Source: an uncultured Verrucomicrobiae bacterium
GTDB taxonomy: Bacteria; Verrucomicrobiota; Verrucomicrobiia; Palsa-1439
Direction: 5' to 3'
Assembly: GCA_963812605.1 (NCBI GenBank)
Contig: CAWEWF010000005.1
Span: 32,001 to 96,000 of the forward strand
Length of the DNA: 64,000 nucleotides
Shown here: in pieces, positions 10,222 through 19,325 of the stretch
How the letters are laid out: every line of letters begins with the position of its first letter
Position numbering within the stretch: position 1 is the first letter of the stretch
Notes under the pieces: generated by a model
Seen by the model: only the letters and a program-made list of their open reading frames with translations
What the model was told of the DNA's origin: nothing
Databases searched by the model: none
Translations under genes and position numbers: made by a program

Positions 10222-11235
10222 ATGCAAACATTGTTACGAGGCAAGGACTACATCGAGACGCCGGACTGGACGAAGGAAGAACTGGAAACCGTGCTCGAGG
10301 TCGCGGGCGACCTAAAGAAGCGCTTTGCGCTGGGCGAAGCGCATCGGCTGCTGCAGGACAAGACGTTGTTCATGATGTTCTTCGAGCAGAGCACGCGCAC
10401 GCGCAATTCGACCGAAGCCGCCATGACGCAACTCGGCGGTCACGCGCACGATCTGACGCCCGACAAGATGCAGATTTCCCACGGCGAAACGCCGAAGGAC
10501 ACGGGCAAGGTCCTGTCGCGCTACGGTCACGGCATCGCGATCCGCAACTGTTTCTACGGTGTCGGCAACCAGTACCTTCGCGAAGTGGCCGAGCACGCCT
10601 CCATCCCGATTGTCAGCTTGCAGGATGACGTTGACCACCCGTTACAGGCCATTGCCGACCTGATGACGATGCGCGAGAAGTATGGCAACAACCTGCGCGG
10701 CGTGAAATGTCTCGTCTCGTGGACCTATGCGCCCGCCTATGCGCGTCCGCTCAGTGTGCCGCAGGGATTGATCTGGCTGCTGCCGCGCTTTGGCATGGAC
10801 GTGACGCTTTCGCATCCGAAGGAATTCAATTTGATGCCGCGCACCGTCGAGGCGGCGAAGAAGTTCGCCAAGGAAAACAAGACCAAGTTCGAGATCATCC
10901 ACGACATGGACGACGGCTTCAAGGACGCGATCGTTTGTTATCCGAAATCGTGGGGGTGTCACCAGTATCTCTCCGACCAGGGTGTGCCCGAAGCCGAGCG
11001 CAAGGAAGCGGGTATGAAGATCCTCAACAAGTACAAGAGCTGGGTCTGCACCGAGAAGCGGATGAAGATGGCGAAGAAGGAAGCCTGCTACATGCACCCG
11101 CTGCCCGCCGACCGCGGCGCGGAAGTCGAGGACGCCGTCATCGACGGCCCGCAATCCGTCGTGTTCGACCAGGCGGAGAACCGCTTGCATACCGTGAAGG
11201 CGATTTTGTCGTTGGTGATGGGTGGAAGACCCTGA
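10222..11235 (+). CDS. YgeW-like carbamoyltransferase (ATCase/OTCase superfamily)
   Basis: STRT carbamoyl-phosphate motif, HPLQ, MHPLPADRG; WTYAPAYARPLSVPQG and YPKSW resemble YgeW rather than the ArgF SMG motif; AAGGAG SD. Confidence 0.8.
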   Translation: MQTLLRGKDYIETPDWTKEELETVLEVAGDLKKRFALGEAHRLLQDKTLFMMFFEQSTRTRNSTEAAMTQLGGHAHDLTPDKMQISHGETPKDTGKVLSRYGHGIAIRNCFYGVGNQYLREVAEHASIPIVSLQDDVDHPLQAIADLMTMREKYGNNLRGVKCLVSWTYAPAYARPLSVPQGLIWLLPRFGMDVTLSHPKEFNLMPRTVEAAKKFAKENKTKFEIIHDMDDGFKDAIVCYPKSWGCHQYLSDQGVPEAERKEAGMKILNKYKSWVCTEKRMKMAKKEACYMHPLPADRGAEVEDAVIDGPQSVVFDQAENRLHTVKAILSLVMGGRP

Positions 11236-11239
11236 AGTG

Positions 11240-11350
11240 ATTTTGGATTGGGGCGAAGGCGAACTGGTCGCGATGACCGTTGCCTCTCTCAAGACGCTTC
11301 GTTCCCGCAGTCGATAATCGAAAATCGGCAATCCGGAATCCAAAATTCCT
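11240..11350. repeat. AATCNNN heptamer array with an inverted partner
   Basis: AATCGAA AATCGGC AATCCGG AATCCAA AATTCCT (11316-11350); ATTTTGGATT at 11240 is the reverse complement of AATCCAAAAT. Confidence 0.7.
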
Positions 11351-11399
11351 CCATCCGGCTCGACGTTCACGAGAATTATTGCGATAGTCGCCACTTCCT

Positions 11400-11882
11400 A
11401 TGGGTACGCAGAAACGTCGCGACATTGGATTTATCATCATTGGGATTTTCAAATTGGTGAAGGGAGTCTTGTTGCTCGCCTTCGGCCTGGGCGCCTTGTC
11501 GTTGATTCACCGCGACGCGGCGCAAGTCTTCCGTCACTGGGCCCATGTGTTCCAGGTCGATACGGACAGCAAATTTGTCCAATACTGGCTGGTCGAGGTG
11601 GGCCTGGTACAGAAGCGCGATCTGGCGCTGATTGTCACGACCTCCCTTTTCTACTCGGCGCTCCTGTCAACAGAAGGCATCGGCCTGCTGATGCATAAAG
11701 TGTGGGCGGAATACCTTACCTCGATCATCACTACGTCCTTCATCCCAATTGAAGTCTATGCGCTGGTAAGGCACGCGACCGTCGCGCGTATCAGTTTGCT
11801 GTTGTTAAATGTTCTCGTGGTGGCTTATCTGGTGTTTCGGTTGGGTCAGCGGAATCGTCTGGATAAAGCGTCCGCAAGCTGA
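11400..11882 (+). CDS. DUF2127-family membrane protein
   Basis: IGIFKLVKG, EGIGLL..KVWAEYLT, IPIEVY motifs; 4 hydrophobic segments. Confidence 0.85.
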   Translation: MGTQKRRDIGFIIIGIFKLVKGVLLLAFGLGALSLIHRDAAQVFRHWAHVFQVDTDSKFVQYWLVEVGLVQKRDLALIVTTSLFYSALLSTEGIGLLMHKVWAEYLTSIITTSFIPIEVYALVRHATVARISLLLLNVLVVAYLVFRLGQRNRLDKASAS

Positions 11883-11893
11883 TTCCGGCGATC

Positions 11894-12241
11894 TTATTTC
11901 GAACCGGTTTCGAGATGGAATTTGTGGAGGAACCGATGCACCACTGGGGCGAACATCACGCCCACGCTGGTAATGAAGGCCACGCCGCTGAACAGCGCAT
12001 AGAACGAAGCGAACCACTTGCCGGCATCGTGATGCAGTTCGTTGACGGGGCCCATGCCTGATAAAATCATCGACGCATTGACCAGCGCGTCGAGCCAGCC
12101 GAGCCCTTCGCTGAGATGATACCCAATGATCCCCATCGCCAGGCTCACGCCCACCAGTCCCAATCCGATTCCCACGTGTCGCAGCAGGCGGCGGTGGTAT
12201 TGTGGACGTGACGCCAGCGGCTGTTGTCGACGCTCGAACAC
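11894..12241 (-). CDS. Small two-TM protein with a K-channel-like pore fold
   Basis: GIIGYH..EGLGWLDALVNASMILSGMGP...GKWFASFYALFSG; GTG start at 12241 inferred. Confidence 0.7.
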   Translation of the reverse strand: MFERRQQPLASRPQYHRRLLRHVGIGLGLVGVSLAMGIIGYHLSEGLGWLDALVNASMILSGMGPVNELHHDAGKWFASFYALFSGVAFITSVGVMFAPVVHRFLHKFHLETGSK

Positions 12242-12355
12242 GCGCCGAGCTATACCGCTTTCCGCCGCTTGCGGCCAGAGGAATTTCCGCGGTTCGAAAG
12301 GATGGTACAATTCTCTGGGCAAATTTTATGTCAAGGGATATTCTGGATCCCGACC

Positions 12356-13294
12356 ATGAAGACCATCGTTATCGCCATCGGCGGCAATTCTCTCATCAAA
12401 GACGACCAGCACCGGAGCGTGCCTGATCAATACGCAGCAGTGGTGGAAACCGCACGCCATATCGTCGACCTGGTCGAAAGCGGTTGCCGCGTTGTGATCA
12501 CCCACGGGAACGGCCCGCAAGTCGGGTTCATCCTCCTGCGCAGTGAATATTCGCGCGGGATCTTGCATGAAGTGCCGCTGGATTCCATCGGCGCGGACAC
12601 GCAAGGCGCGATTGGTTATCAGATCCAGCAGGCGATGCAGAACGAATTGCGCCGGCGCAAAATGAGACAGTCGGTCGCGACGGTGGTGACGCAGACGTTG
12701 GTGGACAAGAATGATGCCGCTTTCCAAAAACCCACCAAACCCATCGGCCAGTTTTATAAAAAGGAAGAGGCCGAAGACCGCATGCGCGTCGAAAAATGGA
12801 CGATGGTCGAGGATGCGGGTCGCGGCTGGCGGCGCGTGGTGCCATCGCCAAAACCCGTTCGGATTATCGAAGCGGACATCATCCGTCACCTGGTCGACGC
12901 CGGCTACGTCGTCATCGCGGCGGGTGGGGGCGGGATTCCCGTGGCGCAGGATGAACAAGGGAATCTTCATGGCACCGCGGCGGTCATTGACAAGGACCTC
13001 GCATCCGCCGTGCTCGCGAAGGAAATCGCCGCCGATCTGCTGGTGATTTCAACCGCGGTCGAGAAGGTCTGCCTCAATTTCGGCAAGCCCAACCAGAAGG
13101 CGCTCGACCGCATGACGATTGCGGAAGCCAAACAGTATCTTGGCGACGGGCATTTCAAACCCGGATCGATGTTGCCGAAAGTCCAGGCCTGCATCCACTT
13201 TATCGAGGAAGGCGGCACGGAAGCGCTCATTACCTGTCCCGAAGTTCTCTCCTCGGCCCTCGCGGGCAAGACGGGTACCTGGATGGTGAAATAA
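12356..13294 (+). CDS. arcC: Carbamate kinase
   Basis: IAIGGNSL, THGNGPQVG, PTKPIG, GWRRVVPSP, AVIDKD, GSMLPKV. Confidence 0.95.
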   Translation: MKTIVIAIGGNSLIKDDQHRSVPDQYAAVVETARHIVDLVESGCRVVITHGNGPQVGFILLRSEYSRGILHEVPLDSIGADTQGAIGYQIQQAMQNELRRRKMRQSVATVVTQTLVDKNDAAFQKPTKPIGQFYKKEEAEDRMRVEKWTMVEDAGRGWRRVVPSPKPVRIIEADIIRHLVDAGYVVIAAGGGGIPVAQDEQGNLHGTAAVIDKDLASAVLAKEIAADLLVISTAVEKVCLNFGKPNQKALDRMTIAEAKQYLGDGHFKPGSMLPKVQACIHFIEEGGTEALITCPEVLSSALAGKTGTWMVK

Positions 13295-13331
13295 GCTTTA
13301 ATCAAGCCCTGATTCGGCTTATCATTCCCTG

Positions 13332-16055
13332 ATGTCCGTGGCAACTGCTAATCAGATCGAGTTTGCGCTCAATGGCGAAAACGTCTCGACGGAAGTCGAC
13401 GACGAGTTGATGCTGTTGAACCTTCTCCGCGATAAGTTCGACATTGTTTCCCCCAAGAACGGCTGCCAGCCAATGGGCCAATGCGGTTGTTGCGCGGTCA
13501 TGGTGGACGGCAAGGTAATGCTCTCGTGTGTCGTCAAAGCCAAAACCGCGGCGGGGAAAAAGGTCACCACGCTGGAGGGGCTGGCCCTGGCGGAGCGCGA
13601 ACTTCTGGCCCGGGCTTTTGTGACGACGGGCGGCCTGCAATGCGGTTTCTGCATTCCCGGCATCGCCATGCGCGCCAAGTGGATGCTGGACCAGAATCCG
13701 GCGATGCCGCGCGATGAAATTGCCCGCTGGCTCGGTCCCCACCTTTGCCGTTGCACCGGCTACACCAAGATTCTGGACGCGATCGAGCTGGCGGGAAAGG
13801 TCCGCCAAGGCGAAAAATTTCCCGAACTCGACGAATCAGGCCGCGTGGGCACATCCCTGGCCATAGTCGAGGGCGTTGACAAGGCCCTTGGCGACAAGAA
13901 CTATATCGACGATTTGAAGGTGCCGGGTCTCCTGCTGGGCGCGTTTGTCTTCTCACCGCATCCGCGCGCGAAAGTGTTGAGAATTGATACCAGTGAAGCC
14001 GCCAGTATGCCCGGCGTCACGAAGATCATTACCGCGCGGGACGTGCCGGGCGCAAAGTGCGTCGGCCTCATCTACAAGGACTGGCCTGTGTTTATTGGCG
14101 AAGGCGAGGAAACCCATTGCGTGGGCGACATTATTGCGATGGTCGCTGCGGTGGATGAACGCACCGCTCGCAAGGCCGCGAAGCTTGTCAAAATCGACTA
14201 CGAAATCCTCAAGCCTGTTCTTACGCCCGAGGAGGCGATGGCCCCGGACGCGCCGCTGGTACATCCGCCGAAAGCGAACAAGCTCTGCCAGACCGGGATC
14301 ACGCGCGGGGACTTTGAGAGCACGTGGCAGGCGTCGGCGCACCGGATCAATACCAAGGTGCAAACCCAGCACATCGAGCATGCCTTTCTCGAGCCGGAAT
14401 CCTGTCTGGCGATTCCGTTAATGAACGGCGCGACCACTGCCCGGCTGGGCAATTTATCGAAGGACCAGCAGGCTGCGGCGCTTACCGCCCTGGCCAACGG
14501 CGCGGAACTCATCGTGTATTCGCAAGGACAGGGAGTATATAACGACCGCGACCAGATTGCGGACGTCCTTGGTCTTCCGCACGAGAAGGTTTATGTCGAA
14601 CTCGTTAGCAACGGCGGGGCGTTCGGCGGCAAGGAAGACCTGGCGATGCAGCAGCACGTTGCGCTGATGGCCTGGCTCACGAAGCAGCCCGTCAAAGCGA
14701 CATTCTTGCGCACGGAGAGCACCCGCTACCATCCGAAGCGGCATCCAATCAAGTTCGAGTACTGGGCGGGCTGCGACAAGGACGGACATCTCACCTGCGT
14801 GAAGGTCCGCGCCGTCGGCGACAAGGGTGCGTACGCCTCCGTTGGCACCAAGGTTCTCGAACGCGCGGGCGGCCACGCGTGTGGCCCTTATAAAGTCCCG
14901 GTCATCGATATTCAATCCGTCGGCGCCTATACGAACAATCCGCCCTGCGGCGCGATGCGCGGGTTTGGCGCGAACCAGGCCGCGTTCGCCATCGAGACGG
15001 TCATGGACATGCTGGCGGAGAAAGTCGGCATCGATGGTTGGGAAATACGCTGGCGCAACGCGCTCGAGGTTGGCGACATGTTCGCCACGGGCCAGGTGCT
15101 CAAGCACAGCGTGGGATTGAAGAAGACGTTGCTTGCGGTCAAGGATATCTACCGCAACTCCAAGTACGCAGGCATCGGCTGCGGCATTAAGAATGTCGGC
15201 ATCGGCAATGGCGCCGAGGATGGCGGGCGCGCCATGATTAGCATCGAGGAAGATGGCACGATTGTCGTGCGCACCGGTTTTACCGAGATGGGGCAGGGGC
15301 TGTTCACGGTGCAACTCCAGACTTTCTGCGAGGAAACGGGCCTCGCGCCGGGTCTGGTTCGCGTCGTGACAGATACGCGGTACGGGCTCAATTGTAACCA
15401 GACCACCGGCTCGCGCGGGACGCTGCTCGGTTGCCAGGCGGTGCGCGCGGCCTGCGCGAATTTCAAACCCGATTTGGCGGCGCTGATAAATGGTGGAGGA
15501 CGCGAAGCGAAGAGCGTCACGAAGGAAGAGTTGAAAAAACTCGCGGGGCGGGAATGGTACGGCGAGTTCATCGTGAAGGACACGCACCCGCTCGGGTACA
15601 CCGGCCCGAACGTGAAAACGCACATCACGTACGGATTCGCCACGCAGGTCGTCATCCTCGACGATGACGGCAAGCTAAAAAAAGTCATTGCGGCGCATGA
15701 TGTCGGCAAGGTGATGAACCCCGTGCTGCTGGCGGGCCAGATCGAAGGCTCGATCCACATGGGCCTGGGCTACGCGTTGACCGAGGAACTGCAGCTTGAG
15801 GGCGGCCAGATCGTGAGCAAGGATTTGCGCGCGCTCGGCATCCTCCGGGCGAAGGACATGCCCGAAATCGAATGCATCTTCATCGAGGAGAATGAACCCG
15901 CCGGACCCTATGGCGCCAAGGGCGTCGGCGAAATCGGACTCGTGCCGACAGCGCCCGCCGTTGCCGGCGCGCTCTTCAAGTACGACGGGATTCGTCGGAC
16001 AAAACTTCCCATGAAGGACAGTCCGGCGGCGCGGGCCATTCTCGGTAAGAGGTAG
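13332..16055 (+). CDS. xdh: Xanthine-dehydrogenase-family molybdenum hydroxylase, 2x[2Fe-2S] fused to the Mo subunit (selenium-dependent XDH-like)
   Basis: GCQPMGQCGCC and QCGFC...CRCTGY Fe-S motifs; GGAFGGKED, AMRGFG, EMGQG, GAKGVGE; no FAD domain. Confidence 0.85.
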   Translation: MSVATANQIEFALNGENVSTEVDDELMLLNLLRDKFDIVSPKNGCQPMGQCGCCAVMVDGKVMLSCVVKAKTAAGKKVTTLEGLALAERELLARAFVTTGGLQCGFCIPGIAMRAKWMLDQNPAMPRDEIARWLGPHLCRCTGYTKILDAIELAGKVRQGEKFPELDESGRVGTSLAIVEGVDKALGDKNYIDDLKVPGLLLGAFVFSPHPRAKVLRIDTSEAASMPGVTKIITARDVPGAKCVGLIYKDWPVFIGEGEETHCVGDIIAMVAAVDERTARKAAKLVKIDYEILKPVLTPEEAMAPDAPLVHPPKANKLCQTGITRGDFESTWQASAHRINTKVQTQHIEHAFLEPESCLAIPLMNGATTARLGNLSKDQQAAALTALANGAELIVYSQGQGVYNDRDQIADVLGLPHEKVYVELVSNGGAFGGKEDLAMQQHVALMAWLTKQPVKATFLRTESTRYHPKRHPIKFEYWAGCDKDGHLTCVKVRAVGDKGAYASVGTKVLERAGGHACGPYKVPVIDIQSVGAYTNNPPCGAMRGFGANQAAFAIETVMDMLAEKVGIDGWEIRWRNALEVGDMFATGQVLKHSVGLKKTLLAVKDIYRNSKYAGIGCGIKNVGIGNGAEDGGRAMISIEEDGTIVVRTGFTEMGQGLFTVQLQTFCEETGLAPGLVRVVTDTRYGLNCNQTTGSRGTLLGCQAVRAACANFKPDLAALINGGGREAKSVTKEELKKLAGREWYGEFIVKDTHPLGYTGPNVKTHITYGFATQVVILDDDGKLKKVIAAHDVGKVMNPVLLAGQIEGSIHMGLGYALTEELQLEGGQIVSKDLRALGILRAKDMPEIECIFIEENEPAGPYGAKGVGEIGLVPTAPAVAGALFKYDGIRRTKLPMKDSPAARAILGKR

Positions 16056-16087
16056 CTCTGGACAGTGGGCTGGCCCGGCCCGCTCTA

Positions 16088-16145
16088 TGTAGCCGCGAAA
16101 CATTTTCGCGGCGGGCAAGGGCCGCGAATACGATTCGCGGCTACA
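16088..16145. repeat. GTAG-type REPIN (two inverted REP hairpins)
   Basis: TGTAGCCGCGAA...TTCGCGGCTACA, each arm itself palindromic; related single REP at 16283-16302. Confidence 0.85.
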
Positions 16146-16343
16146 ATCCGGTGACGCTGTCAAAATGCGCTCTGCGGCGTCTTTCGGAGCAGGAAAGATT
16201 GTATCACGGTCGTCCTGCTGTACACTCCGCTCCTCATGTATCAATTTGTGCGGACACGGCGCGGCTTTTAGCTCTTGCCTGCTGTAGCCGCGCTGAGCGC
16301 GGAGTTTGACTTGCGCGGCGGTTACTCTAAACTTTATTTGCGC

Positions 16344-17558
16344 ATGGGCACTGAGTCAAAAGAGAATCGGACCGCGTGCAGCATTGTGGGCGGCGGCCCG
16401 GCTGGCGTCATGCTGGGTTTCCTCTTGGCACGGGCCGGTGTCGAAGTCATGGTGCTGGAGAAGCACAAGGACTTTTTCCGGGACTTCCGCGGCGACACGA
16501 TTCATCCTTCCACGCTGGAGCTCATGCGCGAACTTGGTTTGCTGGAAGAGTTTCTCCGCCAACCGCACCAACAATTGCAGCAAATCACCGCTCATTTTGG
16601 CGACCAGATGGTGCACATCGCCGATTTCTTCAGTGTTCCCACCAAATGTAAATTTGTCGCGCTGATGCCGCAGTGGGACTTTCTGAATTTTCTCTCCAGC
16701 CACGCCAGGAAATATCCACAATTCCAACTGCGAATGGAAACGGAAGTTACGGACTTGATTGTTGAAGATCAGCGAATTGTTGGAGTGCACGCGGTCACGC
16801 CGAATGGACCGCTGAACATCCGTGCCGACCTGGTCGTGGGTGCCGATGGCAGGAGTTCCACCGTTCGCGCCCGGGGTGGACTCGAAGTAATTGACCTCGG
16901 CGCGCCGATTGACGTGCTTTGGTTCCGAGTGTCGAAGCAACCGAACGACCCGGCGCAGGCGTTTGGGTTTGTCGCCGCTGGGCAATTCATGGTGCTGATT
17001 GATCGCGCCGAGTATTGGCAATGCGCCTACGTCATCCGCAAGGGTGGTTTTGAGAAGCAACGCGCCCGTGGCCTGGCGGCCTTTCGCGAAGACATCGGGC
17101 GCTGTACCCCGTTCCTAGGGTCGCGCATGGGCGAGATCAAGACATGGGACGATGTGAAGCTCCTCTCTGTGAAAGTCGATCACCTGCGCACGTGGTATCG
17201 GGAAGGCCTGCTGTGCATCGGGGATTCCGCGCACGCGATGTCTCCCATTGGCGGCGTGGGAATCAATCTGGCGATTCAAGACGCCGTGGCGACGGCGAAC
17301 CTGTTGGCGGAAAAACTTCGGACCCGCCAGGTCAAGATGGCGGATCTTCGCTCGGTGCAAGTACGCCGCGAGAAACCAGCGCGGCTCACACAAAAAGTCC
17401 AGGTTTTTCTCCACAAACATTTACTGGAGCGGATTTTCGATTCCCCCGAGACCATCCCGCCACCGCTGCTTATGCGGCTGTTCGAGGAATTCCCCCGTCT
17501 GCGGACTCTCCCTGCGCGCATGATCGGAATCGGTTTTCGACCCGAGCATATTCAGTAG
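16344..17558 (+). CDS. FAD-dependent oxidoreductase/monooxygenase (UbiH-like superfamily)
   Basis: IVGGGPAG, RDFRGDT, VVGADG, IGDSAHAMSPIGGVGINLAIQDA; start refined to ATG 16344. Confidence 0.9.
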   Translation: MGTESKENRTACSIVGGGPAGVMLGFLLARAGVEVMVLEKHKDFFRDFRGDTIHPSTLELMRELGLLEEFLRQPHQQLQQITAHFGDQMVHIADFFSVPTKCKFVALMPQWDFLNFLSSHARKYPQFQLRMETEVTDLIVEDQRIVGVHAVTPNGPLNIRADLVVGADGRSSTVRARGGLEVIDLGAPIDVLWFRVSKQPNDPAQAFGFVAAGQFMVLIDRAEYWQCAYVIRKGGFEKQRARGLAAFREDIGRCTPFLGSRMGEIKTWDDVKLLSVKVDHLRTWYREGLLCIGDSAHAMSPIGGVGINLAIQDAVATANLLAEKLRTRQVKMADLRSVQVRREKPARLTQKVQVFLHKHLLERIFDSPETIPPPLLMRLFEEFPRLRTLPARMIGIGFRPEHIQ

Positions 17559-17622
17559 CGAAACGTCCGCGCAGGGATAGGCAGTAAGAACCGCAGCGTT
17601 CAGTCGTTCCACGCCACTCGCT

Positions 17623-17886
17623 TCAGTCGCGGTAGGCTTCGCTGCGATGACGCACCGCAACGATGTCAATGTTCCGTCGCGGGTCGTCCAGCGAATAGAC
17701 CACGCGGTAATCGCCAACGCGGATCCGCCACAAGTCCTGAGCGCCTTTGAGTTTTTTGCAACCGGAAGGGCGGGGTTGCAGCGCCAAGACTTCGATTTTG
17801 GGGAAAATCCGCTCGACCAGGTGTCTCGGCAGATGCTCCAATTCTTTGCGCGCGGTTCGACTGAAGGTGACCGCGTACTCAGCCAC
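17623..17886 (-). CDS. RelE/ParE-family toxin
   Basis: PRPSGCKKLKG...WRIRVGDYRVVY...VRHRSEAY. Confidence 0.92.
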   Translation of the reverse strand: MAEYAVTFSRTARKELEHLPRHLVERIFPKIEVLALQPRPSGCKKLKGAQDLWRIRVGDYRVVYSLDDPRRNIDIVAVRHRSEAYRD

Positions 17887-18070
17887 GGAGTTTCCCCGAA
17901 CGAATCAAGCGCCGCTTCACGCTCGCCAAAGACTCACGCGGCACATGCGCACGCTTCCGTGCGAGCAGGACATCATAAAAATCCTCCCACACATCAGCAT
18001 GTTTCTTCAGGTCAATGACCGCAGCCGTCTTATGCCCCCGATCGTCCACAAGGAATTGCACTCCGCTCAT
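17879..18070 (-). CDS. Putative antitoxin (63 aa) overlapping the toxin start
   Basis: MSGVQFLVDDRGHKTAAVID...WEDFYD; 8-nt overlap with the toxin gene. Confidence 0.8.
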   Translation of the reverse strand: MSGVQFLVDDRGHKTAAVIDLKKHADVWEDFYDVLLARKRAHVPRESLASVKRRLIRSGKLRG

Positions 18071-18076
18071 GCTCGT

Positions 18077-18105
18077 ACTGTAAGAACGGACGGAGAACTT
18101 GTCAA
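18077..18105 (-). promoter_or_regulatory. Near-consensus sigma70 promoter of the TA operon (leaderless)
   Basis: TTGACA-17nt-TACAGT, 6 nt before ATG 18070. Confidence 0.75.
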
Positions 18106-18193
18106 ACCCCGCTTCGCGTGGGTGACAAAATCGGCAGTAGTGGAACCGGGCAAGACCCTGCCGCATCTAAACTATAGGGGTTCTGATAAACAC

Positions 18194-18655
18194 ATGAAAC
18201 CTTATCATGCCGAAGGATCGAGGATCATCAAGGCGCCGCCGGAGCGGGTGTACGCGATTTTGACCGACTACCGAAATGAACATCTGCGCATTCTGCCGAA
18301 GCCCTATTTCATGTCTCTCCAGGTCGAAAAGGGCGGGGTCGGGGAAGGCACGCTGATCAATTTCCAGATGAGTGTGCTCGGAAAAACGCAGAACTTTCGC
18401 GCGGCGATCACCGAACCCGAGCCGGGCCATGAACTCGACGAAATCTACCTCGAACCCGAAGGCGTTATCACCCGATTTTTCGTCCGCTCTTTCGGCCACG
18501 ACAAACAGTCGCAGGTGACCATCCAGACCGAGGGCACAATTCACAGCAAGGGTGTCCTCGGTTGGTTCGAGCGGTTCTTCGCCGCGATGTACCTGGAGCA
18601 CGTTTTTCAAAAAGAACTGGAACTGCTGGCCGCTTCCGCCGAAGAGAATCAGTGA
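18194..18655 (+). CDS. SRPBCC/polyketide-cyclase-family protein
   Basis: SRIIKAPPERVYAILTDY...GGVGEGT...ITEPEPG; ATG 18194. Confidence 0.85.
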   Translation: MKPYHAEGSRIIKAPPERVYAILTDYRNEHLRILPKPYFMSLQVEKGGVGEGTLINFQMSVLGKTQNFRAAITEPEPGHELDEIYLEPEGVITRFFVRSFGHDKQSQVTIQTEGTIHSKGVLGWFERFFAAMYLEHVFQKELELLAASAEENQ

Positions 18656-18738
18656 ACTCTTTGACGCGGTGACGTCCGAAATCCACGCGACGAATCCTCT
18701 TTATGCTTTCCCCGCGGTTCCATCGGAGGTGTAATGGC

Positions 18739-18870
18739 ATGATGAATTGGATGCGCGCGGCGTTGACGGTGTTGGCCGGAGGGTTCGTGGCGTCGCTCAC
18801 CGATTGGCTGTTCATGGGCGATTGGCCCTACTTGATTCCCAGCTTCGCTTTCACTTCGTCAGCGCTGTAG
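18739..18870 (+). pseudogene. Probable truncated membrane-protein gene
   Basis: GGAGG SD, then MMNWMRAALTVLAGGFVASLTDWLFMGDW, which runs into the antisense of the next gene. Confidence 0.4.
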
Positions 18871-19010
18871 GTGCTCTTGCCCTCATTCACTGCGCGCGCC
18901 TCCAGCAGGTCGAGGTAATCCTGAAGATCGCCCATTTCCTCACGCATCTTGCGAATCTGCTTGAGGACTTGCGCCTGCTGCTTCTGAAAGTTTGCGGTTG
19001 GCTTAATCAT
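18828..19010 (-). CDS. Putative orphan antitoxin (60 aa)
   Basis: EEMGDLQDYLDLLEAR...YSADEVKAKLGI; overlaps the stop of a RelE remnant. Confidence 0.7.
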   Translation of the reverse strand: MIKPTANFQKQQAQVLKQIRKMREEMGDLQDYLDLLEARAVNEGKSTYSADEVKAKLGIK

Positions 19011-19092
19011 AAACGTCCTTCCGATGCCCGATCTTCTGTATCAGGATTATATCACCTCTTACATTCAATAAAACCCGATAATCACTCATCCG
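19003..19092 (-). pseudogene. C-terminal remnant of a second RelE-family toxin
   Basis: Hand translation RMSDYRVLLNVRGDIILIQKIGHRKDVYD*; N-terminal two-thirds absent. Confidence 0.7.
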
Positions 19093-19325
19093 CACATGGG
19101 CCGAAACGGTTCCCGGTGTCATCGACAATCGTTCCGTCGGGATGCACCGTTACGGGGACCACGTATTCCTCAATGGTGATGGCATCACCGAAATCTCGTT
19201 CACCATCCAGAAACTGTTCGAGGTGGATCATAACGTTATCGACAATTTCCTTTTGCGCCTCCAACTCAGTTTCAAAAATGACGTACTTTCCCTCGCCATC
19301 ACTCACGACGGGCACAGGCCCTTGA
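19082..19325 (-). pseudogene. Small acidic hypothetical protein, apparently 5'-truncated
   Basis: QGPVPVVSDG...ETELEAQKEI...FLDGERDF; no ATG or SD upstream in frame. Confidence 0.5.

Noticed and set aside
10222-11235. Calling this gene argF/arcB (arginine deiminase pathway with arcC)
   Set aside because: Lacks the ornithine-binding SMG motif, has YgeW-type motifs, and no arginine deiminase is present
13332-16055. Selenocysteine readthrough in the XDH-like or Msr genes
   Set aside because: No in-frame TGA; Se-dependent Mo hydroxylases use a non-Sec cofactor
17747-18193. N-terminal extensions in the ORF track (also at 12224, 16275, 29097, 40244, 46984)
   Set aside because: They overlap neighbouring genes or promoters; downstream starts fit the family N-termini better
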